Positions 12,391 to 27,000 of a DNA stretch of 64,000 nt are shown here, piece after piece. Every line of letters starts with the position of its first letter. Position 1 is the stretch's first letter. The stretch lies in the NCBI GenBank assembly GCA_002633005.1, contig NMRA01000073.1:1-64000 (forward strand), read 5' to 3'. This DNA is from Phoronis australis (Eukaryota > Animalia > Phoronida). Position numbers and translations under genes: made by a program. The notes below the pieces were generated by a model, which did no database searches, was not told the DNA's origin, and was given only the letters and a program-made list of their open reading frames with translations.

Positions 12391-14945
12391 GCGATGTTTT
12401 GCTATCAATGTACCTTTTGTTTTGTTTTTTCTTGATTTTTAATAAAAAGACAAATCCTACAGACTGTCTGCTTTCAAAAATATATACTTTTACTTGAAAT
12501 TTATATTTTTGGAAATAAATATTTGACAAAATTCGCTGACTTGACAATAAGGACCTACGCAATCGTAAACAGACCGATAGAAACTCCTCCCCAAAACAGT
12601 TTAGGAAGACTTCAGTCAAATGATCCTACTTGACAGCTACTTGTCAACTATCGTACTGGTTTGTCTGGTCTAGTGCTTTGATTAGTTTTTAGTTGTTAAA
12701 AGTACTCCAGAAATACCACGACGTATTAACTCCATGGAAACTCAGTCTTTACTAAAAGACCAGCATTCAAATACACAAAAGGGACCGAATGAAATTCTCA
12801 AGAGATACAAAACACTGTCATACATATAGAGTACAAGATCGCACCACTATAAAGGTCAGGACCTCTTAAATAACATCGCACTTGAATATCGCGTAAACAC
12901 ATGTATACATGCCGTACATTTAACCCCACGAGTTTTGAGACTCCCCTTTTTCATTCAAACCATGTTTCAACAAAGGGGATAAAGCCTCTAATTCGCGTAA
13001 AGTTCATACCGGACTTAACACGAGTGGACACAATCCGTTGACTACCGATCGGGGGGGGGGGGGTAAATTAAACGCTTAAAAATGTCAAGTTATTTCGGAG
13101 GCCAAATTTGTTGTGATGGCGTTGGGCACCACCATACAAAACTAAATAAAACAATCCGTTGCCCTGACGTGCGTACACAGATGTCAGTTTTGCAGGCGCT
13201 TATCTAAAACTAGGTGCTTTGTACTTATTCAGCGGTTGTGCAATAGACAAATCAGACGATACAGCCCTATAGACCTGTCTACAAAAATGCACCAAGTCGG
13301 TTTCGAAATAGTCAATGGACCCTGAGTTGTAAGAGGAAATTTCGTGGGTACTTTCACCTGGCAATTTTACTCAGTTACTGAAAAGTATTTCTAATTCGTT
13401 ACTTAAAAGTTTCCGCGTAAAAACGAAGAGCTGTTTCGGCGCTTGTGTTACATTGTTTTTGGAATAAAATCAGAATGGCAAAGCACCGGGTGAACGAATA
13501 CAATTCCGCATTTGTACTTCTTATGTTTCCGGAACAATTCCAAGCAATTCAGCACACATACTTTGTAATTCATATCAGCACGTGCACAACGTTATAAATT
13601 TGGTTGTTTGATATGACTTCTCCAGCGGGTACGATAGGCACGACACCAACGGTATTGAACGGAACTGCATCTGACTTCTCCAAACCACAATCTGAGGCTG
13701 GTAAACGTTTTATCCGGAGACTTTTATGAAACACACTTTGTTACTAAAACAAAATATCACTGAAAATTCATTGTGCTATGAACAACATCACTTGTATGAA
13801 TAAACTAAAGGCGCCAATCCCCTCATTCACTCTTCCGCCTCATGACACCTGCGCTTACCAACTAAAAAGGAAGAAAAATGCCTGCCCGATTAACGTTAGT
13901 CAAAGCATAACTTGAGCTCTTTTTGAAAAACTGCACAAAGGTAATCAAGGTTTGGAATGCTATGATTTGCCAAGAGACGAGTAAAAAATTAATCCCGCAT
14001 CATTTTGCTCGTTATAGTTGGATTTTCTTTTTTGAAAAAGGGAGTGACTAAAAAAGATCACACCACCGACTCGATTTTCAAAAAAAAGCGACCAATCATG
14101 ATTTTGGCCTAAAGTCTTACGTGTTGATAAGTTTGTGATTTTAAAATTGATATGTAATAAGTACATAATTCCAGAGTTCTAAAGATGTCCCATCATCGGG
14201 ATCACCTTTGTCTGTGAAGGCGAGAGCGGTGACGGCATGGGGACGGAAACCTGCCTCATTCTCTTCTATCAGTGCTTTGTCGAGAGTTAAGGTGTCCACC
14301 GATAGGCTCGTTCAGAGAAGGAAAAAGAAGGGTAAGTTGCTTTGAAACTATGGTAGCCAGTTTTCCTCCCTCGTGGCAATACTATACCCATAATTGTCTT
14401 ACGCGCTGTTTTTCATTTCTCATCCACCACAGTCCTTTTCCTACTATCATATTCTCTCTTTAACAACAACTCTATATAGAAATCTCTAACGCAAAGCCTA
14501 ACACTTCTAAAAACCGCTTGTATGCTGTTATGGCTGCAACTATGAATCATTAGGCTAACACATTTGTTTGAAAGAAAATAAACGAGCTGCATTAGAAAAT
14601 AATTAATGCATTAGCAATAAAAACACTCCCGTCTCGACTATTTATCGTTGGTCTTTCTTCTAAACATGATACAATGCCCTGCTCCATACGCCTATTGTAA
14701 CCTTGCACATCGTTAATTGGGAAATATAATAGGTGAAAGATCAATTTTGGACCGCATCCAAACTTGTATACATGAACATGTTCCGATTATCATTCCTGTG
14801 GTGATTTCCGTTTTGATTATCTGTTGTAGTTCAGCTAATGCGAAGCGAGCCTTACTCTTTAAAATGTTCATTTGAACTGAGCTATTTTCGTGGACGTATG
14901 CTTTCAATTCGATTAAACAGAAAACCATTACATTCATCATTGCAG

Positions 14946-15065
14946 TAGAGGTTGATGCCTCACAAGACGATGACTCTGACAAGAAGTCAAACTACACCGG
15001 AACAAACCACGAAGACACTTACAGTAGTATTGATTATTTTGATGAAGATTTCAACTTTGACTCGG
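14946..15065 (+). CDS. LRRC74-like exon (acidic N-terminal region)
   Basis: tgcag|..TCGG|gtaag, phase 1-1, VEVDASQDDDSD..FDEDFNFDS. Confidence 0.75.
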
Positions 15066-18000
15066 GTAAGAAGAAAGTAGTGCTTTTCACTCAATTTTTG
15101 ATGTCTTCCTCGAAGGATGATTAAAAATTGGTACCGCTTCAATTCTGCTAATGGTCAAGGCTGCCATGTTCATTGCTGGGTCATACGCGAGGGTGAATGA
15201 CAAGCAACTACACTACATACTAAATGCATAAGCTGCGCATGCGATATCCACCAGCTTGTTGGTACAAACACCAAAGATATCTCGTCCCACGTAGCAGTCT
15301 ATGCCTGCATTGTTACATCTACTGCGTGTGTTAATGGCTTGCCTTCAACAATGCAGTTAAAATTAACTAAATCTTAGGAGTACTTGAGGAACAACTGGGG
15401 CGCTGTTGAGTTTACCAGAGTAGCGGTGGAGCTGTCGATTTCCCTCTCAAACAACAATTCGAACTTTTTCATGTGGTCCCAATGAGCGCCTTCCCGTACC
15501 AATTATATCTGGAAATATGATCGAATCACACGTTCCAATTTAGATACAAACTTAATAAAACGTATTTGAAAGCCAACCAGCTTAGTCGAAATGTAAGCTC
15601 AAAAATGCTCGCCTTTCAACCTCACATATATTTTTTAAAAATAAACTAAATCTAATATGTTTTTAGCTTTCACATATACATAAGTGGATGCGTATTGCAT
15701 TCATCTCTGTCTGGGCGTTGCAGGTCCAGCGTCCGCTGCTGTATCTCCTAAACTCCTTGAAGGATCTTAATGCGATTTGGGAGATATCTTCCTATATGAA
15801 GCCGGTGACGGATTATCTTCTGACACAGCGCCACCTATACTGAAAGTGGCCCTGTGGAAACGTGATGAACGACACACAGAATTCCTTGTGTGGGCATCAA
15901 TGCGCATGCCTTGGTCGGAAGCACACCGATCACATAGCCACCACTTGCACACGCTTTTATGCACTGTACTTGTCACTGGATCGGGGTTCCGTTGATTTTG
16001 TTTATTTCGATCACTGCCTGTTTTAACAAAATGGTTCTACTCAAATCAAACGTGGTCGACACTGTAAACTGAAAGGTGTTTCCCATTTTTCAACCAATGG
16101 GAATGACTGAATGTTATGACGTCGGTTTCATTACTTTAACCAATGAGAAGACATGATAAACAACATTCGACAGTGCTACCTTTCGTAGCACTGTGAAAGA
16201 GTGTTAGTGACAGATGACAACGAGTTCCCGCTCGACTCGACTACCGCTCTGTTCCGTAGTGGCATTGTTATTTTTTCTTTTGCCTCTGTATTTTCGAAGT
16301 TCCTTGTCAGATTTTTGACAAATCTAAAATGAAATGTATATCCACATTGTGTGATAAAAATCCGGATCATAGCATAATTTGACTACTTGTACTCGACATA
16401 TATCTCGCCGTAAAACAAAACGCGTTTTCTATGTATTGTGTAACTTTTAAAATGTTTCAGACGAAGACGATCACTACGAGGCTAGTGATGCAAGGGGTTT
16501 CAAAACCGACGACGTCTCAACACAGGCTTATTTGGCTGCTTGCAAAGCATTGAAAGTAGTTCCCGCCATGTTTATTGCCAGAAATTTAACGGGTGAAGAA
16601 ATTGTCATGCAAAATCATCCTATAGGACCAGTTGGCGTGAAAGCCTGCGCTATTGCCCTTGTTGTAAGTTTCGCGTTTTTTGACATTTTGTGACGAATGG
16701 ATTGATTTTCGAATTGGCATTTGTCTTAACAGCGATGAAATAGTAACGGTAAAATCACTGAATTCCAAGTATGACGAATTATAATCATTTCAACCGGACG
16801 TAGTTAGTTAAATCACCGCTGTCCCCCTTCTACGGAAGATAATCCCCAAGCATGTTAAAATTAAGTAGGTACGTCCAGCAGAAATAATTAGTCATATACA
16901 TGTACCTGGATGAAATATAATCTACATTAGATGAATTTCAAGTATTTGTTCAGCAACAAATACCTGTAAAAGTGTCCGGCCTTCTTTCAGCTGAACATGT
17001 ATATCATGAACAAGTGCTTAATAAATTAATCAATTATTTATTTAATCAATTGACGTGTTACCAGGTTTCTGACCTTTTTGGTTTTAGAAAAATGCTTCAG
17101 TTAAGAAACTGGATATCAAAGGTGCTGAGATGGGCCCAAAGGGTGCGGTGTATATAGCTGACATGTTGCAAGAGAATATTTTCTTGACGGAACTTGTAAG
17201 TATAAATGTATTGTTTTCAGTACTTTGTCTTAACCAAACATTGGTTTTTAACTGGAGCATTCAAACAGGATTTGATGTCTAAACATCGAATCCGTGTCGG
17301 AAAATTTCTTTGGAGTAATAATCTGGCTAAGATAAATGTAAAAGATATTCATAGAATGGGTAGATAAAGATTGTTGAGCAATAAACTTGATTTTAAGAAA
17401 GTATGTTCTAAAATCCCATAACTTCGCTTACTCTTGAAATGAGCACCTATACTAATTTAATGCCAGCTTTGGGGCTCTTTTTTGTCAGATGCTAGACAAT
17501 ACTGATGGTTTTGATCAAAGTTTAAATGTTGTTTATGGGACCCCAAACATCACCAAGACCATTGACGTTGCCACGGGTGGCACATTCCTGTTCATTGACG
17601 TTGCCACGGGTGGCACATTCCTGCTCATTGCAAAATAATGACCTCCCGGTCGATACTCAGTTGTCCCCTCCAACCTCCCCCGACCCAATAGCCAACATTT
17701 TTGCATTTGTGTGGCTTTCTTAAATTCCTCTAACTGGGATAATCTTGCAACATTCAGATGGAAAAATCTCAAATCGCCGACTACACAAATTAAGCAACGT
17801 GTATTACTGACTGCTGGTTGGTTTGAAACTCACCAACTTTCACCAATCTTACGATATTCGTGAATAATCCACTTTCATGTACGTGCTTGTTCAATGTCTC
17901 TCGTCGTCAGTTACGTCATGTTAACGTATTGGGTTTTTAGATGTTAGCCGAGAATCATTTGGGCTCGGAAGGTCTTGAAGCCTTAACTGACGTTCTGGAG

Positions 18001-21000
18001 AAGCATACCAGTGTGAGGAAATTAGATCTTTCAGGGAACAACTTCGGAGAAGGAGATGCGGTGTACTTTGTAAGAATATTGGAGGTACGTAAGTCTTAAG
18101 CTAGAATAACCACGCACAATTGTATGCGTATACAATGTTTGTTACCGTTAACAGTTGCCAGTTTAGCAATGAGAATTTTGCTTGAATGATTTTCTTCTAA
18201 TGTTAAACTTAGGTTAAAAATTTGCTAAACATTGGACTTACCGAAACGAAATGACATCGTTGCTCACTTACGGACCTTGAAAATTCTCCACCATCTGGTT
18301 TCTTTGGTTTCTTTCAGAACATTCATATCCGTCAGCTGATCCTCAACCATAACAATTTCAGAGAGAAAGGTGGAATCACGTTATCCACAGCAATTGGTAA
18401 GTTATACATTCGTCATTCCGTCTTTCAGACGGTCAGTTTCATTTTACGGCTGCATTTTTTAGAAATATTGTGGGTGGATGGAAATGATGAAATTACCGAA
18501 ACAGCCTTTGCCTTGTGTGAGATTCTCAAAAAATCGTTTGCGATTTTCATATTCTGAAAATTGTTTGTAGCACCAAACAGACAATTTTGAAAAGAGGGCT
18601 AATGTCACAGTGAAATTACTTTAAAGATCATTAGGATGGTGTTACCATTCCGCGTCTTAAGCTGGCCGTAGCCTAGCCTTTATAGTCATAATCACAAAAA
18701 CCTGGATCTTAGCTGTGCAAATGAAAATCCCCAGTTGGGAATAAACGGCTGGCGTCGATTTTGGATTAAAAAAAATTGCCTGAATCGTGCGTGGGCTGTG
18801 CGAATTCCCAACTCCATAAGCTCACAACGGTTTGCCTTAGAAGGTGCACGGACCCGGACCAGGAGGCTTAAAAGTATAGTGTACGATTCATTCTATAGTT
18901 AATGCCGATTTTTTATTTTCCTACACGACTTCCGTGATACCAAATTGATCAGGAACCAAATGACTTTCGAAAAGACATTTCTCAATGCATTCTTCAACCT
19001 TTCCATGTAGCCAGTAACGACACTTTAGAAGAGTTGGACTTAAGCTGGAACCATCTCAGATGGAAAGGTGCTCAAGCGATCTGTCAAGGGTTAAAGGTAA
19101 GACAACGAGAAACTATATAACTCAAAGCAACTAAACTATGATTTCAAACAAATTCATTTGGAAGCCACAGCGTTTTCGCCTTCACTGACCGTAAGCAGTG
19201 TGCTACGGAGCTGAGTTGAGGATAAGAGCGACTGCGTTAGTGATCGTGAAGTCGTTGTTGATGGAGTGTCCTATCCGTAACTGTAGTTAATTAAAGGTAT
19301 TTTTGGCTCTGCTCAGGTAATATGGATATTATCTTGGGACATCCTGTTCCACATAACGTCGAGTGTCGACTGTTTTGATTTTGTGACGGTCACAAACATT
19401 GAGTAGTGAAATAAGTAAGACCTTATCGATACGCCTGTGTAGGTAGATACAAATTATAGCTCAGTAAAACTTTGTGTTTTCTGAAAGTAGAAAGCCTTTA
19501 GAATTTGATTCCGACTTTGTACCAATCTGTTATTAAATAGATCACGTAATCATATATTTATTGGAATTTAGCAAAACATAAATGTCATTTTCAATAGCCT
19601 CTCATGCAAAAGTAGAACATTTTAAAAACAATTCTTATAAGCCTTTTGGAGAACATTGCTTAAAGCATTGTGTATGAAAGTTTGATATGAATCCGATCAG
19701 TTTTTTCGGAGATACGATGTTCCGAAGTTAATCAAATTTGGACATTTTTCAAGGATCCTATAACCTATGCTTTCTATGGCCATCGTATGATCAGAATGGA
19801 ACTCAAGTTATATTTTAGACTTGATAAATAGCTTCATTCTTTTAGTTTGAATTTGGCCATTTTTGAAACACTTATGGCCTTTGAAATGGACATTTTTGAT
19901 TTGTTTTACTGTTGGTCAGTGTGTTCTACAACACACTGACCACTTAACCCTGCATGAAAATACAATTCCTAAATATTTATAGTAACACATACACTTTTAA
20001 CCCAGTTCCTTCATAAAACCACTTTTCAGATTTCTTTAACTTCCCACCTTCTTAAATACAACCCAAGGATTACTATGATACAACCATATTAGACTTTCTA
20101 TGAGTACACACATATTCTATTTAAGACAAAAAATTTCAAGGGCACTTAGCCGTCGTTGCAATTCCACTACAGAGTCACCAATTAACGTGACTTCATCTGC
20201 AAAAAGCAATAGGAATATCTATTCAATACCTTGGTCACTTGGATAACTGACCTCGCTTCACTTTCTATTTCAACAGCTTAACTGATGGTGTATATACAAT
20301 GAAAACAAAAGAGGACGCATACAACCCTGTCTCACCCCAGTCCTACACTCAAATGTATTTCCTGTTATTCCAAGGTGACTTTTGCTTTTCGCATTAACAT
20401 CTGCACACACACTTTTTATGCGCCCACATATTTATATGTGGACGCATTATGCCGTCATCTCTGTCCGTCCGTCCGTCCGTCCGTCCGTCCGTCCGGGCGG
20501 CGTCCGTCCGGCGTCTGGCGTCCGGCGTCCGCTGCTCTGTCTCCAAAACCCTTTGACATACGTTCATGAAATTCGGCACATATGTTCCATTCATGAATGG
20601 GACGGCATGTGCGAACTTTCGGACGGATCCGACTACCGGTGTGCCCCCTAGTGGCAATTTTAGTTTTTTACGCTTACCTTTGTATCTTCAAAAGTCCTGA
20701 ACGGATTTTCATGAAATTTGGTATGTAGGCACCTATTAGTGAGATGACGCTATCCTCCCGTTTTCAGATGGATTCGACATAGTTTGCGCCACCTAGTGGC
20801 CATTTTTAGTGTTTTCGAGTCTGTTTTTGTGCGTCCACCCCTCTATCAACCAAACCGCTCAAAGGATGATTGTGAAAATTGGCATGTATATGCTTACTAT
20901 GTAGAGGACGGTTGACGATGATTTTCCGACGATTTCGACTACTGTGGCGCCTCCTAGTGGCAGTTTTGTTTTTTTGCGCCTATGGCTGTATCTCCTAAAC

Positions 21001-24000
21001 CGTTCGCAGGATCTTTACGAAATTGTGTAAGTATATTTATATGATGTTAACAACGGAAGATGACGACTTTTGGACGGATCCGACTACCGGTGTGCCCCCT
21101 AGTGGCAATTTTAATTTTTTTACGCTTACCTTTGTATCTTCACAAGTCCTTATTGGATTTTCATGAAATTTGGTATGTAGGCACCTATTAGTGAGATGAC
21201 GCTATCCTCCCGTTTTCAGATGGATTCGACATAGTTTGCGCCACCTAGTGGCCATTTTTAGTGTTTTCGAGTCTGTTTTTGTGCGTCCACCCCTCTATCA
21301 ACCAAACCGCTCAAAGGATGATTGTGAAAATTGGCATGTATATGCTTACTATGTAGAGGACGGTTGACGATGATTTTCCGACGATTTCGACTACTGTGGC
21401 GCCTCCTAGTGGCAGTTTTGTTTTTTTGCGCCTATGGCTGTATCTCCTAAACCGTTCGCAGGATCTTTACAAATTGTGTAAGTATATTTATATGATGTTA
21501 ACAACGGAAGATGACGACTTTTGGTCGGATCCGACTACCGGTGTGCCCCCTAGTGGCAATTTTAGTTTTTTACGCTTACCTTTGTATCTTCAAAAGTCCT
21601 GAACGGATTTTCATGAAATTTGGTATGTAGGCACCTATTAGTGAGATGACGCTATCCTCCTGTTTTCAGATGGATTCGACGTAGTTTGCGCCACCTAGTG
21701 GCCATTTTTACTGTTTTCGAGTCTGTATTTTTGCGTCCACCCCTCTATCAACCAAACCGCTCAAAGGATGATTGTGAAAATTGGCGTGTATGTGCTTACT
21801 ATAAGGAAGACAGCTGACAATGATTTTCAGACGATTTGGACTACTGTGGCGCCTCCTAGTGGCAGTTTTGTTTTTTTGCGCCCATGGCTGTATCTCCCAA
21901 ACCGTTTGCAGGATCTTTACTAAATTTAGCAAGTGTATTTATGTGATGTTGACAACGGACGATGACGACTTTAGGATGATTCTGATTACCGGTATGCCTC
22001 TAGTGGCAATTTTAGTATTTGCCTCTAGTGGCAATTTTAGTATTTTACATTGACCTCTGTATTTTCATAGGTCTTCAGGTGTATACTTTGTGTTACTTCG
22101 TGACTGTGAAGGAAAAGTTCCAAGTAGAAATTTGTTTCTGGCATTCTAATGCTGTGCTAATCTCGTATGTTGGTAAATTTGTTTTTAATTCTATGTTTCT
22201 GTGGTGCTTTAAGCAACTGGTGTATAGGATGTGCTTGTATTATGAAGATTACTCACATTTTGCCCCTAGCCTATTGAGGAGACAATGACCATGCCTTTCC
22301 ATTTTGCAAAGTATGCCCTCTACTGGCCACTTTATGGTACCAACAAACAACCCTAGAAGGATACCGTATGCGGTGCAATTGTGGGCGCATTTCAACGCTC
22401 CGCGTTGCTCTTGTTGGGTATTGAAGTAGCGACCATGAGACACCTTTTGAAATTAAAATATAAAAAAGTTTCGATCTACCTATCGAGCTGAACTCGCTAA
22501 GTCGATAAAGGCACAATAAAATGGTTTCAGTTTTTTTCTTAACCAGTATTCCTCAACCGGGCAATTAAGTGTAAAAATGTTATCCACTGCAGAATATTTT
22601 TCCTAAAACCAGCCTGGTTTTCTATAACTAATTTGTTTGCCTTTACCCATGCTACCAGTCTTCTGTTTAAGACTAAAGCAAAAGTTTTACAAATAACATT
22701 GAGTAACGTGATTCTTCTAAAGTTACCAGAGTTTGATCGATCACCCCTTTTGGTTTAAAGGTAAATAAATATGAATTCCGTTGTCCACTTCTTGGAATTT
22801 TCCACTGGAGAGAATTTTATTAAAAAGCTTGATCAACAAATGCTTAATATTTTATTAAAAATTTGAAAAACTCAATCGGTATCCCATCTACGCCTGGATT
22901 CTTCCCTTTTTCTTATTTACTACTTCCGCAATCTCTTTCTTCGTCATGTCCCTATGTACAGTAGCTCTTTCATCTACACAAACATTTGACATAGCAAAAT
23001 CCTCTAACAAATATACCACCTGACTTAGGTGAGCTGCCCAACTCTTACGTATTTACCGTTTCGTGTATCTTTCCCGGCATGAGGGGTTCTGTAAAGGAGG
23101 TACTTTCTACAGCCGAAGTACGGGGGCCCTTCAAAATTTCATTTCCACCACATTGTGGTAAACATTCATGTAACTTCACGTTGTTTTTCATTTCCACAAA
23201 GAGATTCTATGTTTTCGGATAAAACTAGCGAACATTAATCAACTTTTTGTTTTTTATATCAGGCGTTTCCAAGCTATTTTTCCGCGACAAGTTTCCCGTT
23301 ATCGCTCAGTCGTCAATAAAATGTAAACCTAGAGTATATGCGACCATAATCTTTTTGCAAATAATGATTCCCACTAGTTTTTTTACTAAAGATGCGATAA
23401 CCCCCGAGCTCCTAGCAACTGCGTCGCCATCAAATTTCAATCACAATTAGTTTAGTTCTCTCAGTGCGAGAAAAAAGTACCGCCAGAAAAAATCATTTAA
23501 CTTTTCCCTTTTGTGGTATCAGCACAGCTCTCGGTTGTAACAGAGTGCTTTTGGCAAAATTAAAACAGGCGATTGATTCATGGAGTTGTCATTATTTTTC
23601 TTTATTAAGGAAAACACTAGCCTCAAGTCAGTCAACCTGTCTTGGAACGGGTTCCACATCCAAGGATGCACGGCCATGGCAGAGACTCTGAAACAGAACG
23701 AAACGTTGCTTGAGCTAGACCTAAGCTGTAACAGAATAGACCGCACCTGCCTGCAGAAACTATTGGAAGGCGTCAAGTTGAACGTGACGTTGGAGAAGCT
23801 AAAAGTTTGTCATTTTTAGAAACATTTTCCGCAAAAGTTTATCAACAAAATCGTGCGCTCTATTTGAAGAGAGATCCTCCTGCGTGTAGCCGTCAGCCTT
23901 TCTAGTTCTATAGTCTTACTAGACCTCCGACAGAGACGCCTTCTTCTTAACCAGTACAACAAAAATGGCTATCATTCACTTCAATTACCAGTTATTACGA

Positions 24001-27000
24001 TATATAGAATTATGTTTGTTGTACCTTTTTAATGACAATACCAGTGCAACACTGTACTACGAAAAAATTGGTCTGTTACACCCAGCCGTCGACCTAGAGT
24101 CATTAGTATTAACGGAGGGTCTGGTAAGAAGGCACATTTGCCGTCCGAAAAATTACACACCCGACGACTTGCCGTTGAACTGGACCCAAAACAATTCCCT
24201 ATTATATTATAATGAGACAGACCTTTTGTCAGATCATCTGCTGGTGAAAAGCAACAACAACAAGGTTTTAATAACGTTTTCAACGCTATGAGTATGTATA
24301 TTTTTAGATTGAGAACAGTTTTGAATAATCCACATAGTTGCACTAAATCTGCAACAGTGTCGTTGCAGTACACGGTAAATAGTAAACTGTAAATAACGCA
24401 AACCGATTGAAAACGGCAATTTTTAACAGGTAAGCCAATTCGGACAGAAGTGCCCATGAAACCAGTGTTTGTGTAAGTAGTCATGCAGTACACCCTGACC
24501 AACCTGAAATTGTCCAGCAGCAAAAATATGTGTAGCACAACATGTAGATTTGACAGAAAAGAGATACCTAGTTTGACGTATCTGAATAACTTGGGTCGAT
24601 TGAACGAGTTTCACTTTTTTGCGATGTGACGTATGTGTGACGTGGAGTTAGGTCGATAATCCCGTCACCCATTTATTACCGAGTCACTGTCGGCATAGTC
24701 TGTGCTAAGTAACAATTAAATTTATTAATTAAATTTCAGTTGTGTTTCAACCCAGTTTCCTCCGATGGTGCTATGGACATTTTGAATGTTTTGGAAGGAG
24801 GCAAAGATCATAATCTCAAAGAAATATCGTTTTCGGTAAGTCGACAGTTTGTTATCTGAACCGTACTTGGGCTATTTCAACGAGCCCGCACCGGTCACTT
24901 CAACAGGCACCAGGTACAGCTTATCAAGTGATTGAATAAAAATTTAACACCATCCAACCTAGTGCTTTAGGCAAACAACCGATTCATATGGGCAAGCCTT
25001 GGGTTCATCGTAATTTTCCAGAGCGCACATGAATAATTGCGCAAAGGGTATAGCTACCCCCAAGTACAGTTGTATGTGGTCCACACGCATTCGTTTCATA
25101 AAACATTCATGGACTGAATAAAATTATTGTTGAAGGTGACACTTTTAGCCATGTTTATTTATGGTGCTCTCCTCACTTGGTTCCCAGAAACGTGGATAAT
25201 GAAAAAATGTTTTTCAATGCCTGGAAAATAAAAATGAAAAAAGGAAATACTCATAAAAAGATTCATGAAACGAATCAAAAACTCATATTGGGAGTCATTT
25301 CCCAAATTCAGTTATGCTTGGCAGCAATCACTAAGAAACTACATGGATACTGTTTTGGAAAATGCAACTAATGGAAAATGAAAAATTTGGCAGCAATCAC
25401 TAAGAAACTACATGGATACTGTTTTGGAAAATGCAACTAATGGAAAATGAAAAATAAAATATATCATGAAAAATGATGATACAATATGTGTAGAAAACCA
25501 TGTCTCAAACTGGAAGGTCAACACCAATAAAATAGAGAGGATTTGTCTTTCAGACGCAAGCAGTCCGGGAGGACTTCATAGACAAACTCGAGAAAATTCT
25601 CAAGGCGCGTCCATCGCTAGTAGTGAAACACGGAGTAATCCTTCACAACTACTTAGACACGTCATTCGACGAAATGAGGTTCATCATGGGTGACCCGATG
25701 ATCATTTTAATGGAATGTATGAGGTTGAGGAACCTTCGGCTGGTCGACCTTTTCCAGAGTTTGGACGAGGACGGCAGTGGTACACTGACTAGGCAAGAGT
25801 TCAGCAAAGGCCTTGAGGTGATGTTAGACTTAACTTATGTGCTTTTCAGCACAAAAATTGTCACTTATTTAGTTTATAATATACCTTATTTCTTTACCAG
25901 TTTAGGAAACAGAACGGTTTCTCTGATGGAAAGACTGCTGAAACAGGAAGCATTCGTATCGTAACTAGTCATTCACCTTCGCCTGTCATTTAGTGGTGCA
26001 CCAACAAAATTTCAATCTATGTTAAATCAATGACCTAAATTTAGCTCATCAGTTAAATTCTGCGTAAACATAGGGGCAGGTAGCGGGGGTAGGGGTAGGA
26101 GCGGCGATAGGTTTTCGCCCCTCCAATAATTTGGGTGCTAATAAGTATCAATTAATTGGCAATTAACTGTTGAAAATCTCCCCACTCCCCAACCATCAAA
26201 TGTTTCCTACGTCTTCTTTAATGACTATCAATGGCTTCAATCTACATACTTTTTGAGTCTTTTAGTCACCCGACATATTTGGTTCTAGTTTTATCATTTT
26301 CGTTTCCGGATAACTAGACGTAATTATTTCAATTATGAGCACAAAGAAAAGGTCCGTTATCAGTACTATAGAACTGACCAATCACTGGCACACCGAGTAT
26401 GATAAGTTTGAGAAACAAACACTGGAAAATTGATCCAAACCTCAACAACACTTGCTGGCTTATTGTTTCGGATTCTGCGGTGTCACACTATTCTAGACAA
26501 CAACAGAAGTTTAATTTCTCTGATTTGTAATATGCACATGAAAAAATCTAGACACGTTATTTTTAAAAATACGTCAATGTGAAAATAAAACTTGATTACA
26601 ACTGCTAACGTTGCAGGCTGTCAACCTGCCTTTAAGTCGAGAAATGATAGAGGATCTCATCGACCGCCTTGACACTGATGGTGACGGAGAAGTTGATTTC
26701 GCGTAAGTGGATGAATTTTGCCATTTTGAAGAAACAGTCAGTACTGTTGACGAAAGTCAGTAATACTCCTTGCTTCAAGTCATTGGAAACGACGCCGTGG
26801 TGTTAGAAGCATCAACTGTATATACAGGTGTATTTCTTCCAACAAAGACGTTCTTATCCTTTATTTGAATGGAAAGTGGTTCCAATAAGTCACCTGGACT
26901 TCCCCCTGGCGATTATAATGCTGAGATGACTGAGATTAACCTAACGTGACCAGCAACTGTATTGAGCCCGCGCACCGAAGCAATGCAGAATAGTCAGTTT

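Larger units (their letters stand above)
8850..14331 (+). other. Candidate 5' exons of the LRRC74-like gene (unresolved): 8850-8911, 10401-10564, 11466-11537, 13626-13700, 14175/14185-14331
   Basis: Each has an open frame and AG/GT-type boundaries (e.g. aag|gtaaga at 8911, gaagg|gtaagt at 14331). The 14331 donor (phase 1) fits the 14946 exon, but I could not build one unambiguous phase-consistent chain. Confidence 0.3.

Noticed and set aside
20375-22053. Multiple short ORFs in the track (PSVRPSVRP and similar)
   Set aside because: These are translations of the (GTCC)n microsatellite and satellite monomers, with no splice or protein-family support.
23965-24614. Overlapping 108-169 aa ORFs in an LRRC74 intron
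   Set aside because: No recognisable domain or consistent splice sites; probably repeat-derived.
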